DNA of 64,000 bases from Turneriella sp. GTDB taxonomy: Bacteria; Spirochaetota; Leptospiria; Turneriellales; Turneriellaceae. The notes beneath the pieces were generated by a model. It did not search any database. It was not told the DNA's origin and was given only the letters and a program-made list of their open reading frames with translations. The translations under genes were made by a program, and so were the position numbers. Within the stretch, counting starts at the first letter, position 1. The number at the start of each line of letters is the position of its first letter. Location of the stretch: NCBI GenBank assembly GCA_965279515.1, contig CBDIID010000003.1, forward strand, positions 1,696,001 to 1,760,000. Reading direction: 5' to 3'. Shown here in pieces: positions 28,304 to 38,262 of this stretch.

Positions 28304-28906
28304 TTACAGGAGAAAATTCTTCAACATCACCTTGCCACCCTCGGTCGCGAACGACTCGGGGTGAAATTGGATGCCCTCTATTGGTAAAGTCTTGTGGCGC
28401 AGCCCCATAATTTCGCCGTCGTCCTTGGTGCGCGCACTGATTTCCAGAACCGCCGGCAGGCTCGCGGCTTCGGCAATCAAACTATGGTAACGCATCACTT
28501 CAATATTCTGCGGCAGACCCGCAAAGACACCCTTGCCGTCATGGTCGATGGCCGATGTCTTTCCGTGCATGGGCACCCTCGCCTTCACGACGCGGCCGCC
28601 GAAAACGTGGGCCATGCCCTGCATGCCAAGGCAGACACCGAGGATTTTCTGCGTCGCCACCGGGTTTTTCAGAATCTGCTCGCAGACGCCGAAATATTTC
28701 GGGTCAGCCGGATTTCCAGGCCCCGGAGAAATCACGACACGATCGTAAGAGGCTGATGCCAACTCAGCAAAAGTCTTCTCGTCGTTGCGCACGACCTCGA
28801 CCCGAAACGCGCGGCGTGACTCTTCGAGCACTTCACCGATATACTGGTACAGGTTATAAGTGAACGAATCGTAGTTGTCGACAATGAGAACCCGCATCGC
28901 ACTCAT
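28304..28906 (-). CDS. trpG: anthranilate synthase component II (glutamine amidotransferase)
   Basis: DNYDSFTYNL, SPGPG, GVCLGMQ, RYHSL, QFHPES. Confidence 0.95.
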   Translation of the reverse strand: MSAMRVLIVDNYDSFTYNLYQYIGEVLEESRRAFRVEVVRNDEKTFAELASASYDRVVISPGPGNPADPKYFGVCEQILKNPVATQKILGVCLGMQGMAHVFGGRVVKARVPMHGKTSAIDHDGKGVFAGLPQNIEVMRYHSLIAEAASLPAVLEISARTKDDGEIMGLRHKTLPIEGIQFHPESFATEGGKVMLKNFLL

Positions 28907-30273
28907 AGATACTCCGCCAGGGCCTTTTTCACCGCAGCCATTTTATTTTGAATTTCCTGGTACTCGCCGTCCGCCGTCGAATCATAGACGACGCCGCCCG
29001 AAGCGCGCACAAACGCGGTATCACCGGCGCCGAAGATGGTGCGGATCGGTATTGCAAACGTCGAATCGCCGTTGAAGCCAAAATGCCCGACTGCGCCGCC
29101 ATACGGGCCGCGCGGTTCCTGTTCGATGCGGTCGATGATTTTCATCGATTCGATTTTGGGCGCCCCTGAAAGCGTGCCTGCGGGAAATGAAGAGGCGAGT
29201 GCGGTAAACATATCTTCACCGGGCGCGATGAGCCCGACGACTTCGCTGGAGATATGCTGTACGTGTGAAAATTTCTTTACGTCAAAAATCCGGCGCACTT
29301 TGACCGAACCATAACGCGCGACACGGCCTAAATCGTTGCGGTGCAGGTCGACGAGCATGTTGTGTTCGGCGATTTCTTTCGGGTCATTCAGAAGCCGGCG
29401 CACGAGATCCTGGTCTTCTTCGGGCGTCTTGCCGCGCCGTGCGGTGCCCGCGAGCGGAAAGCTCTCCATCTCGCCCTGGCGCTGGCGGTACAAGAGCTCA
29501 GGGCTTGCACCGATCAGGCGCCGCGTTTTTTTGTCGCCCGCGAATTTCATGAAGAACATATGCGGGGATGGATTGATGGTGCGAAGACTCGCATAGATAT
29601 TCAGCCAATCCCCTTCAATTGTGTACGCTTCGCTGAAACCGATCTGCACCTGGAATGTGTTACCTTCAACAATTTCGTGTTTCGCCGCCTCGACCATCGT
29701 CCGGTGTTGATCCGCTGTTTTGGATTGCGCAACGAGTTTTGCTTTCGTCACACTTTTCGCACGCGGCTTCGCCGCAGCGGCCTCGATCGCGGCGCGGCGG
29801 TCGGTCCGAAAATAAAAGTAGGTTGTCTCTCCCGTCATCTTGTCGTGCAAGAGGCCGTCGGTATAGAGCCCCATCTGGTAGGCGGGGAAATCCGCATGTG
29901 CCGCAAGGCCCAGTGTCGGTTCAAAAAAGTTGGCCGCGTCGTAGCCCAGGTAGCCCACGAGACCGCCGGCATAGTTGCGCGACAGTACATCGCGCGGCAG
30001 AATTTCGCGCAGGTAATAATAGGGATTTGCAGTCGAGATCGTCTCTTCACCGGCGGCTGACCGCACGGTCACCTTGCCCTCACGGGCAATAAAGTCAAAA
30101 TCGGGCTCAAAACCGATGACCGAATAGCGCGAATCGTAGCCCTGCTCGCCCAGCGATTCGAGCAGAAAGCAGCTTTTGAACTCGGCTTCGAGGCGCCCGA
30201 ACAGCGTAAAAAAATCGAGGTCGGTTTTGAACGACAGATACTGCGGTTTTGCGGGTAATTTGGGTATCTGCAC
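28903..30273 (-). CDS. trpE: anthranilate synthase component I
   Basis: LLES, NPSP, PLAGT (TrpE type, not PabB PIKGT), AEHNMLVDL.RND, PAGTLSGAPK; GTG start. Confidence 0.9.
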   Translation of the reverse strand: MQIPKLPAKPQYLSFKTDLDFFTLFGRLEAEFKSCFLLESLGEQGYDSRYSVIGFEPDFDFIAREGKVTVRSAAGEETISTANPYYYLREILPRDVLSRNYAGGLVGYLGYDAANFFEPTLGLAAHADFPAYQMGLYTDGLLHDKMTGETTYFYFRTDRRAAIEAAAAKPRAKSVTKAKLVAQSKTADQHRTMVEAAKHEIVEGNTFQVQIGFSEAYTIEGDWLNIYASLRTINPSPHMFFMKFAGDKKTRRLIGASPELLYRQRQGEMESFPLAGTARRGKTPEEDQDLVRRLLNDPKEIAEHNMLVDLHRNDLGRVARYGSVKVRRIFDVKKFSHVQHISSEVVGLIAPGEDMFTALASSFPAGTLSGAPKIESMKIIDRIEQEPRGPYGGAVGHFGFNGDSTFAIPIRTIFGAGDTAFVRASGGVVYDSTADGEYQEIQNKMAAVKKALAEYL

Positions 30274-30353
30274 CGTAGGCCATTTTCGGGGGCGCGTCAG
30301 GCCGAAAATCTGAAATCACGTCTGAGAAAAAAGATTTATCTAAGGCTCATAAA

Positions 30354-30914
30354 TTAATCGTTACCAAGCTTCAGAAGTAGTTCTGCCAGGAGCGGATAAT
30401 CCACATGGGAAAAATGACTAATTAAGACATTCGCCTGGAAGGTTCGCCAAAACTCTTTATCTTGGGCTATTCTGACAAATCGAAAATAAGTATGGTTATT
30501 CTTGTCCGGATAATAATCGTATCGCTTCTTGCCTTTGACGACCGGAATTGGCTCTCCATAAACCGAGGAAAGTTGCCGGCCCACTGCCTTCTTTAAATCG
30601 TCTTCACTCCAGTCAGGGTTACTGCAAGAATAGGACACTGCCTGGAGGCTATCCATATCAAACCAATACGTTAAATAGCACGATGCCTTAAGCATTCGAT
30701 CTGTATAAACGAGCATTGAGATATCAGAATTGGGGAAGCTCTGGCGCTCCAGGGGGGGAGAATCCAGACGCTGGTATTCATTTGCTTCGACCGTCTTGGC
30801 TGATTGTCCCCACTGATACTGGGCTGACTTCGCGCGATTTAATGCGCAAGACATTGAGAGAAGAGAAACAACTACCAGGGAGCAAAGTCTCAGAAGCACG
30901 GAGCACCGTGGCAC
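30354..30914 (-). CDS. hypothetical lipoprotein
   Basis: Hydrophobic stretch ending LSMSC; AT-richer codons. Confidence 0.6.
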   Translation of the reverse strand: MPRCSVLLRLCSLVVVSLLSMSCALNRAKSAQYQWGQSAKTVEANEYQRLDSPPLERQSFPNSDISMLVYTDRMLKASCYLTYWFDMDSLQAVSYSCSNPDWSEDDLKKAVGRQLSSVYGEPIPVVKGKKRYDYYPDKNNHTYFRFVRIAQDKEFWRTFQANVLISHFSHVDYPLLAELLLKLGND

Positions 30915-30982
30915 TCCGCCAAAACCTCCCGTAAATCAATTTATTGTGCGGCGCATTATCCTGAAACCGTTATAACTGCCTT

Positions 30983-31009
30983 TAATACCAGGGTCATCAT
31001 AGCCGATAA
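30983..31009 (+). promoter_or_regulatory. sigma-28 (FliA)-type promoter TAAT-N15-GCCGATAA
   Basis: Perfect -10 box, 15-bp spacer, 3/4 match at -35, intergenic. Confidence 0.6.
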
Positions 31010-31011
31010 TA

Positions 31012-32154
31012 ATGACAATGGCCCGACCCAAGGACGACGCCTATTATCTGTCTTTAGGCGCTGGGGCAAACCAGCTGCCCCTCATCCGTGCGGCCAAGGC
31101 GCTGGGCCTTAAGGTTATCGGCGTCGACCGCAGTATCGCGGCGCCCGGCCTAAAAGAAAGCGACCTCAAGATCGAAGAATCGATTCTCAATTACCGTAAG
31201 ATCTATTACAAGCTCGTCAACCTCGTCGAACCCACGCAAATCACCGGCGGCTATGCCGCGAGCTTCGGCGACGCACTGCAAAGCTTCGCCTTTCTCTGCG
31301 AGCGGCTCAGCATCATCGGCCTCAGCCGTACCCTCATGGAAACCGTGCAGGATAAACTCCAGGTCAGAAAGCAGCTCGCCGAAATTGAACACGGCGCTTT
31401 CGCACAACCCCTGTTTCTCGAAATCACGCAGAGCATGCGGCGTGAAGATATCGAACAATTAGGATTTCCCCTGATCGCAAAAATGCGGCGCGGCGCATCT
31501 AAACGACACATCTACCGCCTCGACGACTGGAACGAAGTAAAACATTTTCTCTCGCGCAAAAATCTCGAAGCGCTGGGCATCCGCGGTCACGACTTTGTGC
31601 TCGAACAATACATCGAAGGCGACGAGATTATCGTTACGGGTTTCGCACAGAATTTCCACTTCCATTTGGTTTCCGTACACGACCGCATAGCCGAAGCAAA
31701 GCCGCCCTACATCGACCTGGAACACAAATTTCCGTCACGCTATGCGCATCTGGCCAACAGCATCCGCGAGATCCATAACCAGGCCTGCCTTAAGCTGCAA
31801 CTCTCAGACACGCCGATCGTCAGCGAGTGGAAGGTTGTCGCCGACAGGCTCTACCTCGTCGAACTCTCGGCGCAGATTCCCGGCGAGCATGTCGCCGACT
31901 TCCTGATTCCCAAAGGCATACACTACGATTATTTCAAAAATCTCGTGAAGCTGACCCTCGGCGAAAAGATCGAACCGGTGCCGGAAAAAAACCGCCAGAA
32001 CATCACAATCAAATACTGGCCTGAGAACCCCGGCTGGGGTGAGTGGCAGGAAGCAACAAAAGCGGCGGCGTTTGCCCGCGTGCTCAATGCCAATCCGCCA
32101 AAAGTTATTTCATCGAACCTTGACCGCTACGGCGTTGCGGGTTTTATCCGTTAA
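31012..32154 (+). CDS. ATP-grasp domain protein
   Basis: LGAG..Q, DK...R, FPLIAK, EQYIEG.E, E.K..YLVE; start may be ATG 31018. Confidence 0.85.
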   Translation: MTMARPKDDAYYLSLGAGANQLPLIRAAKALGLKVIGVDRSIAAPGLKESDLKIEESILNYRKIYYKLVNLVEPTQITGGYAASFGDALQSFAFLCERLSIIGLSRTLMETVQDKLQVRKQLAEIEHGAFAQPLFLEITQSMRREDIEQLGFPLIAKMRRGASKRHIYRLDDWNEVKHFLSRKNLEALGIRGHDFVLEQYIEGDEIIVTGFAQNFHFHLVSVHDRIAEAKPPYIDLEHKFPSRYAHLANSIREIHNQACLKLQLSDTPIVSEWKVVADRLYLVELSAQIPGEHVADFLIPKGIHYDYFKNLVKLTLGEKIEPVPEKNRQNITIKYWPENPGWGEWQEATKAAAFARVLNANPPKVISSNLDRYGVAGFIR

Positions 32155-32777
32155 GGTTGCAGCCAGACGCGCCCGTACGTACCATCCGTGCTGCGGGTAT
32201 AGAGTAACCTCTGGTGCAGGCGATTAGGTTGGCCCTGCCAGAATTCCACACTGTCGAAAGTGACCAGGTAGCCACCCCAATGTTCGGGCCGGGGTATCGC
32301 CTTGCCGGCAAAACTTTTTTTCGCCTCTTCGAAGCGAATGCGCAGCTGGTTATAAGACTCTACGGGTTTACTTTGTGCAGATACCGCCGCAGCGACCTGT
32401 GACTCGTGCGGGCGGCTGGCAAAGTATGCATCGGCCTCTGCTGCGGCAACCTGAGAAACTTTTCCCTCAAAGCGTACCTGCCGGTGCAGGGTGGGCCAGA
32501 AGAAAACACCGGCGGCGGCTTGGCTTTGCGCCAGCTGATTTCCCTTAAGGCTTGCGCCGTTTGTATAGAAGGTTAATCCCGCCTGGGAAATATTTTTCGC
32601 AAGCACCACGCGCACTGAAATTGCCTCACCCGCATGCGTCGCCAGTGAAAAGGCCGTCGCATCGTGTTCAACTTTAAGGGCCTCTTCGAGCCAGAGTTCG
32701 ATGCCACGATGAGGCGCCATTGGCAGGGTAGAAATATCTTCTCCGGAGTAATCAGACCGAATCGCTGCTAAATCCAT
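32151..32777 (-). CDS. pdxH: pyridoxamine 5'-phosphate oxidase
   Basis: R.DY, RVVL.K, FYTN..S.K, RQVR.EG, YF.SRP, EFWQG..NRLH.R, LQP. Confidence 0.95.
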   Translation of the reverse strand: MDLAAIRSDYSGEDISTLPMAPHRGIELWLEEALKVEHDATAFSLATHAGEAISVRVVLAKNISQAGLTFYTNGASLKGNQLAQSQAAAGVFFWPTLHRQVRFEGKVSQVAAAEADAYFASRPHESQVAAAVSAQSKPVESYNQLRIRFEEAKKSFAGKAIPRPEHWGGYLVTFDSVEFWQGQPNRLHQRLLYTRSTDGTYGRVWLQP

Positions 32778-32830
32778 GAAAGATTGTTCACTTTTGCTAT
32801 ACAGGCCGTCCGCCAAAAAAAGAATCGGAT

Positions 32831-33436
32831 ATGGCGAAAGAGGCTGTAGACCAACCCATCGGCAAACGCGACCAGACAAAAATACTGAACAAGCAGCAAA
32901 TACTGGAAGCGGCCAAAAATCTGTTTGCCGACAAGGGTTTTGAAGCCACCAATGTGCGCGACATCATCCATGAGAGCAATCTCTCGCCCGGCACTTTTTA
33001 CAATTATTTCCAGAGTAAAGAAGAGATTTTTGAGGTTTTGACCGACGAAATTATCGGCGAGGTGCGCGGTCAGATCCAGGACTCATACAAGAATGTGAAG
33101 ATGGACCGCACAGAAATCATCAAGTCGCTGCAGAAGTTTTTCCAGATCTTTCTCGGCAATCCCCGCCTGATGAAGTTCCTGTCGCGCAACCAGTCATACC
33201 TGCGCGAACTGCGGAGCAAAGGCCGCTTCGACGACATGCTGAAAGACCTTGAACGTGCGCTCGAAGACGGCGTGAAAAACGGCATGCTGCCGCAGCTGCC
33301 GGTCAAGATCGTCGCCATCGCGGTTTTCGGCGCGGTTTTTGAGATCATCGCCACGATGGTGGCAACACCGAACTTTGCCGTCGACAAGGCCATTGAAACC
33401 TTGTCACAGCTGCTGTTCGTTCACACGGGAAAATAA
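32831..33436 (+). CDS. TetR/AcrR family regulator
   Basis: ILEAA..LF..KGF..T.V.DI...GTFYNYF.SKE. Confidence 0.93.
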   Translation: MAKEAVDQPIGKRDQTKILNKQQILEAAKNLFADKGFEATNVRDIIHESNLSPGTFYNYFQSKEEIFEVLTDEIIGEVRGQIQDSYKNVKMDRTEIIKSLQKFFQIFLGNPRLMKFLSRNQSYLRELRSKGRFDDMLKDLERALEDGVKNGMLPQLPVKIVAIAVFGAVFEIIATMVATPNFAVDKAIETLSQLLFVHTGK

Positions 33437-33437
33437 A

Positions 33438-34757
33438 CTACTTTTTGGGTTCCGGGAACAGCAGTCCCAGGGCGACGAAATAGCGCATACGCGCGATCTC
33501 TTCGCGGTACTCGGCCGATGCACGCGAGGCACGCGCCAGCTGCAAATCTTCCAGCGCCTGAATCACATCGAGCGTGGTCGCAAGGCTCATGCGCAGGTCA
33601 CCCAGCTGGGCACGGTAATTTTTGTCTGCCGCCTCGGCAGAAGCACTGTATGCCGTCCGTTCAGCAACGGCTTTCGAGTAAGCTTCGCGTGCGTCTTCGA
33701 GCTCGGTACGTGCCTTCCGCTCTGCCTGCTTGAGTTCAAGTTCCGCCTGCCGCAGCCGCGACCGGGCGATATTCTGGTTTTCGAGAACCTGACCGCCCTG
33801 GAAAAACGGAAATTCGGCAACGACGCCGCCGAAATAAGAAGTCGCCTGGCTGTCGCTGAGCGCCGGGCGGTAAGAACCGTCGAGATAAATATTCGGCAGG
33901 TGTCCGCCGTCTGCCGCGGCGACTTCGTTTTTGCGGATCGAAACCACGGTCTTGCCGAGCGCGATATCCGCACGGTTGCTGAGATCGGTCTCTTCTTTGC
34001 CTGTGATGTCACGCGTGAAAGCGGTCGTGCTGGTATCCACGACAAAGTCGCCGGATAATCCCGTTAAAAACTGCAGGTAGCGCATTAACTGCGCCTGCTT
34101 CTCTTCCGCCGCCAGCAGATCCGCCTGCTTCTGGCGTAGCCGCGCCTCGGCCTTGAGGGCATCCCCGCGCTTGTTGCGGCCGATACCCACCCGCCGGCGT
34201 ATTTCAGAAAGATTAGATTCGGTCAGGCGCACTGCTTCGCCGGTCTGCTCGCTGAGCGTACGGCTGAGTTTCAGTTGCAGCGCCGCGTCGGCGATGTTCA
34301 GCAAATGCGCCGCGAGTTCGGCCCTGAGCCCCTGCTCTTCGGCGACACGTGTCAGCCGGGCACCAACGATGCCGGTATACTCGGTCAGCCCCGTCATGAT
34401 ATTTTGCCGGGCGGTGAAACGCACACCGGGCACGACGAATCCGGGCGCGGCCGGTGCATACTGGGCAGCGCTCACTGACAGGCGGGGCATCCACGCGCCA
34501 TAACTTCTGCGCACCTGGGCATCGGCGATGAACCCTTTCTCGGCGCTGATGGCGAGTTGCTCGGTGCGGTCGAGCGACAGGATGAATAGCTCTTCAATAG
34601 TGAAATTTTTTCGTGTGAAATCGATATCCGCGAGCCGTTTTTTTACGGCCGACTCGCGCAGCATCCGCTCGAACACAGGTTCAATCGTATTGTCGTTGAG
34701 CGTGACCGGGGCACTGCGGCAATGGATGGCAATGAGCAGGATAACAACATAGCGCAT
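33438..34757 (-). CDS. TolC-family protein (lipoprotein-type signal)
   Basis: WMPRLS, HLPNI, FPFFQGG, coiled OEP repeats. Confidence 0.85.
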   Translation of the reverse strand: MRYVVILLIAIHCRSAPVTLNDNTIEPVFERMLRESAVKKRLADIDFTRKNFTIEELFILSLDRTEQLAISAEKGFIADAQVRRSYGAWMPRLSVSAAQYAPAAPGFVVPGVRFTARQNIMTGLTEYTGIVGARLTRVAEEQGLRAELAAHLLNIADAALQLKLSRTLSEQTGEAVRLTESNLSEIRRRVGIGRNKRGDALKAEARLRQKQADLLAAEEKQAQLMRYLQFLTGLSGDFVVDTSTTAFTRDITGKEETDLSNRADIALGKTVVSIRKNEVAAADGGHLPNIYLDGSYRPALSDSQATSYFGGVVAEFPFFQGGQVLENQNIARSRLRQAELELKQAERKARTELEDAREAYSKAVAERTAYSASAEAADKNYRAQLGDLRMSLATTLDVIQALEDLQLARASRASAEYREEIARMRYFVALGLLFPEPKK

Positions 34758-34758
34758 G

Positions 34759-35376
34759 CTATTTACCGGCCTGCGTCAAGAGAAACGCGCCGGAGCCGAT
34801 CATCAAAACCGCAGCACCACGGATGGCATAAAACCCAACCCGTGCGCCGATATGTCCCCGGAATTTCTTAAAAATTTCCAAAAGGAGACTAAACCAGCAC
34901 ACGATGCCGATGCCGGCAGCGACCGGAAAAAGGACCATGTCCCAGAAGGAAATCTTGGTAAACCAGGAAAAGATCGTCGACGTCGCACTACCCCAGGTAA
35001 GAAACAACGTCGGGTTCAGAAAAGAGATCAGAAACCCCGAGAGCAAGCCAGCCTCTTTTTTACCTGAATCTGCCACATGCGCATCACTCATGTGGACCTT
35101 CTGGAACATAAAAACGATCCCGAGAACCAGCAAAAAAACAGCGCCGATGTAACGAATATATTTTGCAAGGTAAGGGTAGGCTGAGATAATCTGGACATAA
35201 CCGAACGTTGCCAGTGCACAATAGATAACTTCGGCGATAGCTGCACCGGCAACTACCCGCATCGCTGAACTGAAACTACCGCGCAGGCTGGAACGGAATA
35301 CAATAAGGGCAATCGGCCCCGTCACGGGCATTGAGCCGAGAAATCCGCAAGTGAAACCGAGAACGGCGCCGAGCAC
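34759..35376 (-). CDS. LysE family translocator
   Basis: P..GP, GA..AE, IGA.FL..LG, GFLISFLNP; GTG start. Confidence 0.85.
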   Translation of the reverse strand: MLGAVLGFTCGFLGSMPVTGPIALIVFRSSLRGSFSSAMRVVAGAAIAEVIYCALATFGYVQIISAYPYLAKYIRYIGAVFLLVLGIVFMFQKVHMSDAHVADSGKKEAGLLSGFLISFLNPTLFLTWGSATSTIFSWFTKISFWDMVLFPVAAGIGIVCWFSLLLEIFKKFRGHIGARVGFYAIRGAAVLMIGSGAFLLTQAGK

Positions 35377-35390
35377 TAATTAGCCAACGG

Positions 35391-35891
35391 CTAACGGTTG
35401 ATCCGCTCTGTCACGGGAGAGCTGCCCTTGACGCCGATGATATCCACATATTTGACCGTTGGCTTGATGAGCCCTTCTTCAGCAAAGACATAGATGTGTT
35501 TAAGTTTTGATTCCTGTCCATTGATGGCAACATGGGCTGTGACTTTGCAGCCGCTTGCGGCAGCAAAATTCACGCGGATGACCCGGTCGGGAAAAGCCTT
35601 GAGCTGTACCAGAAGATCATCGCCCTTAAGTTCTTGCGACGAGATACCGTAAGCGATCCGCTCGAAACGACCGATGGGTTCATAGTTGTTAGGGCCGATT
35701 TCAAGATTCAGCCAGTAACCGTAAACCGCATCGCCCTCAACAGGCTTGCAGGTTTTTTCGTCGTAGCGCACGGCATAATGCACTTCATTTCTGTTCTTAT
35801 TGCGCTTTATGTGAAAGAGGTTCGCACGCGCCTCAGCAGCAAGTGCGCTGAAACCGGCGGCGATCAGGAAAAAAAATACGATCTTTTTCAT
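35391..35891 (-). CDS. DUF4833-like secreted protein
   Basis: LF.I.R..N.N.V.Y, YW, ER.AYG, P.V.Y. Confidence 0.75.
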   Translation of the reverse strand: MKKIVFFFLIAAGFSALAAEARANLFHIKRNKNRNEVHYAVRYDEKTCKPVEGDAVYGYWLNLEIGPNNYEPIGRFERIAYGISSQELKGDDLLVQLKAFPDRVIRVNFAAASGCKVTAHVAINGQESKLKHIYVFAEEGLIKPTVKYVDIIGVKGSSPVTERINR

Positions 35892-35901
35892 CGTTAGCCG
35901 G

Positions 35902-36633
35902 TTACTTCTTTTTATCTACCATTTCTTCTTCAACGATGAGGAAATCTTCATCGTCGTCGTCGTCGAACACGCCCAGCACGTCGTCGTCTTCGATGATAAT
36001 TTCGTCAGACGGTGCCGTTTTGGTTTCTTTTTTCTCTTCGGTCCTCTTTTCGGCGACGATCTCTTCTTCGTCTTCGAGAAGAATAATTTCGTCGTCGTCT
36101 TCGTCGATCACGATTTCGTCTTTTTCGTTGAGCACTGCGGCTGCAGTCGCACCTGCGACAACACCGACGGCACCGGCGCCGACAACAGTGGCAGTCGTGG
36201 CAGCTGAAGATGAAGATTCTGCCTTCGCGGGTTCTGGCGCTTTCTCAGAAGCAGTCGAGCTCGGAGGCGGAGCGCTCACTGCGCTGACGGTTCCGGATGA
36301 TGAACTGACCGGCGCGGAGGATTCCTGGCGTGCCGGCTTGTCGGAACCCTTGAGGTTGTCGAGTTTCGCTATGATCGAGAGGATGCGGGTTTCGAGTTCT
36401 TGTTCTTTGGATTTGAGGCGGCTGAGTTCTTGCGTCGCTTCTTGCAGCTGCGACTGCCATTTCTGCGCTTCACGCTCACGCTCTTCGGCGGTCAGGCGCA
36501 GCTGGTCGTTGCTGGCCTTCAGGCGTTCGGATTCTGATTCGAGATGACTGTTTTCGACCCTGAGGTCTGAGATGAGTTCGAGCGCCTTGACAATACGACC
36601 TTCAAGCTGCTCAAGCTGTTCGAGAGTTACCAT
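35902..36633 (-). CDS. zapB: ZapB-like coiled-coil protein with long Ser/Ala and acidic tail
   Basis: LEQLE.RIVKALELI.DLR.EN..LE coiled coil. Confidence 0.7.
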   Translation of the reverse strand: MVTLEQLEQLEGRIVKALELISDLRVENSHLESESERLKASNDQLRLTAEEREREAQKWQSQLQEATQELSRLKSKEQELETRILSIIAKLDNLKGSDKPARQESSAPVSSSSGTVSAVSAPPPSSTASEKAPEPAKAESSSSAATTATVVGAGAVGVVAGATAAAVLNEKDEIVIDEDDDEIILLEDEEEIVAEKRTEEKKETKTAPSDEIIIEDDDVLGVFDDDDDEDFLIVEEEMVDKKK

Positions 36634-36777
36634 GGGTTTGGCTGTACTTCGAGCCCACTGCGGCGGGCAAGTCTTTTTTGACCGACCATCTGTGCATACC
36701 CGGCCGCCTACGGCAAGCCTGCGTACCTCAGCCCCTTTAAATACTTGAAATCCTGTGGAAGAATTTTATGCACTGCC

Positions 36778-38262
36778 ATGAGAAAATTGTTTCTAGCCGT
36801 GGCCGTTACACTCTGCCCTGTTTTTTATCTGCACGCCATTACCGTCGGCGTTTTCGATATCCGGGGGGATGTCGGCGGCGAGGGCGCCAGGCTGGCGGAT
36901 CTTGCTCAATCGCAGATGCAAAATGATAAATCCCTGACCATGCGCGACCGTGTGGCTGTGAAAACGATTATCGCCCAGCAGGAAAAATGCGCGGCCGGGC
37001 TCAAAGACTGCCCGGAACTTTCAGGACAGCTGAAAACCCTCGACGTCTATATCACCGGCGAAGCCATTTCACTCGCCGGGCAAAAACAGATTATCCTGCG
37101 CGCGGTGAAAACCGGTGACCAGAAAATCGCGGCATTGGCTGTGGGTAACGGAGCGACGCTGGAAAAAAGCATGGAAGAAGCGGCGGCCGAACTCAAAAAG
37201 AAAATGGCGGATGTAAAAACTGCGGACGCCGGCGCTTCTGAAAAATGGAAGGTGGCCATACAGCCGGTGCGCGCCGCAAACGAGCAGGCGCAAAAGCTGC
37301 CCGAACTTGCCGGCCTCGATTCGATGCTGATGCATGCACTCTCTAAACGCGCGGCATTCGACCTCGTCGAAACCAAAACCGACGACATTGTCGAAGCAGA
37401 AAAGATGCTGACACTCCAGGGTTTTGCACCTGGTGCGCTCGCCCCGGCAGGTTCAGACTATACACACTTCGTCACTGCCACCATCAAGGTCTACGACGAA
37501 TGGCGCACACTGTCTTACCAGGTGGTGAGTAAAAAGACAGGGACTCCCGTGATCTCAGACACCATAGAATGGAGCGTGAACCAAAGCCCGCAAAAAGCAC
37601 TCGATGAAATCGCCGAGAAAGCAGAGAGCGACGTCATGAAAGTTCTCGGTAAACTTGAGATCGCAGCGTGCGATCCCAGGGACGCGGTGATGAGCTTCGA
37701 ATTCAAAGATAACACGCGCGCACCGGAAGCCATCCAGTGCAAGACGCCACTCTTGATTGAGGATATCCCCGCCGGCGAATACACGCTGGTGTTTAAGCAT
37801 GAAGACCGCAATACGCTGACGCAGACTATCACGATCAAGGCGAAAGAAACCCTGAAGCTCGGTAAGATACAGCTGCCCGATATCGACATGACGCTCTTTC
37901 GTGAAGCGTCGCAGGCCGAAGGTTCGGGGAAATACGCGGACGCCAATTCGCTCTACTCGCAGTTCTACACAAAATACCCGCGGCACCGCATGGCATCGTA
38001 CGCGATGTACCGCGAAGGCTATGTGACGCAGCTGCGCCTCAGAAAAGTCGCCGATGGCCGCAAGATTCTTGAAAACGTCATCGCGCGCAAGCCCGATGCG
38101 GAGATCCGCAGCGAGGCCTATGTCGGCATGGCGCTCGGCTATAAAGCTGAAGGCGACGGCGCGAAAGCCAACGGTATTTTCCAGATGCTGACGGACCAGT
38201 ACGCGGGTACGACAGCGGCCGAATTCGCGCGCGAATGTCTCGAAGGCAAATGCAGTTTTTAA
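36778..38262 (+). CDS. secreted multidomain protein (CsgG/TolB-N-like x2, PEGA-like, TPR)
   Basis: Signal peptide; VGVFD...RDR...II..Q; P.LIEDIPAGEY.L; YP....A..A.Y TPRs. Confidence 0.7.
   Translation: MRKLFLAVAVTLCPVFYLHAITVGVFDIRGDVGGEGARLADLAQSQMQNDKSLTMRDRVAVKTIIAQQEKCAAGLKDCPELSGQLKTLDVYITGEAISLAGQKQIILRAVKTGDQKIAALAVGNGATLEKSMEEAAAELKKKMADVKTADAGASEKWKVAIQPVRAANEQAQKLPELAGLDSMLMHALSKRAAFDLVETKTDDIVEAEKMLTLQGFAPGALAPAGSDYTHFVTATIKVYDEWRTLSYQVVSKKTGTPVISDTIEWSVNQSPQKALDEIAEKAESDVMKVLGKLEIAACDPRDAVMSFEFKDNTRAPEAIQCKTPLLIEDIPAGEYTLVFKHEDRNTLTQTITIKAKETLKLGKIQLPDIDMTLFREASQAEGSGKYADANSLYSQFYTKYPRHRMASYAMYREGYVTQLRLRKVADGRKILENVIARKPDAEIRSEAYVGMALGYKAEGDGAKANGIFQMLTDQYAGTTAAEFARECLEGKCSF

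Noticed and set aside
30274..30353. Trp attenuator upstream of trpE (ATTTTCGG/CCGAAAAT inverted repeat)
   Set aside because: The only short ORF I found (MSLR) has no Trp codons and no terminator T-run precedes trpE
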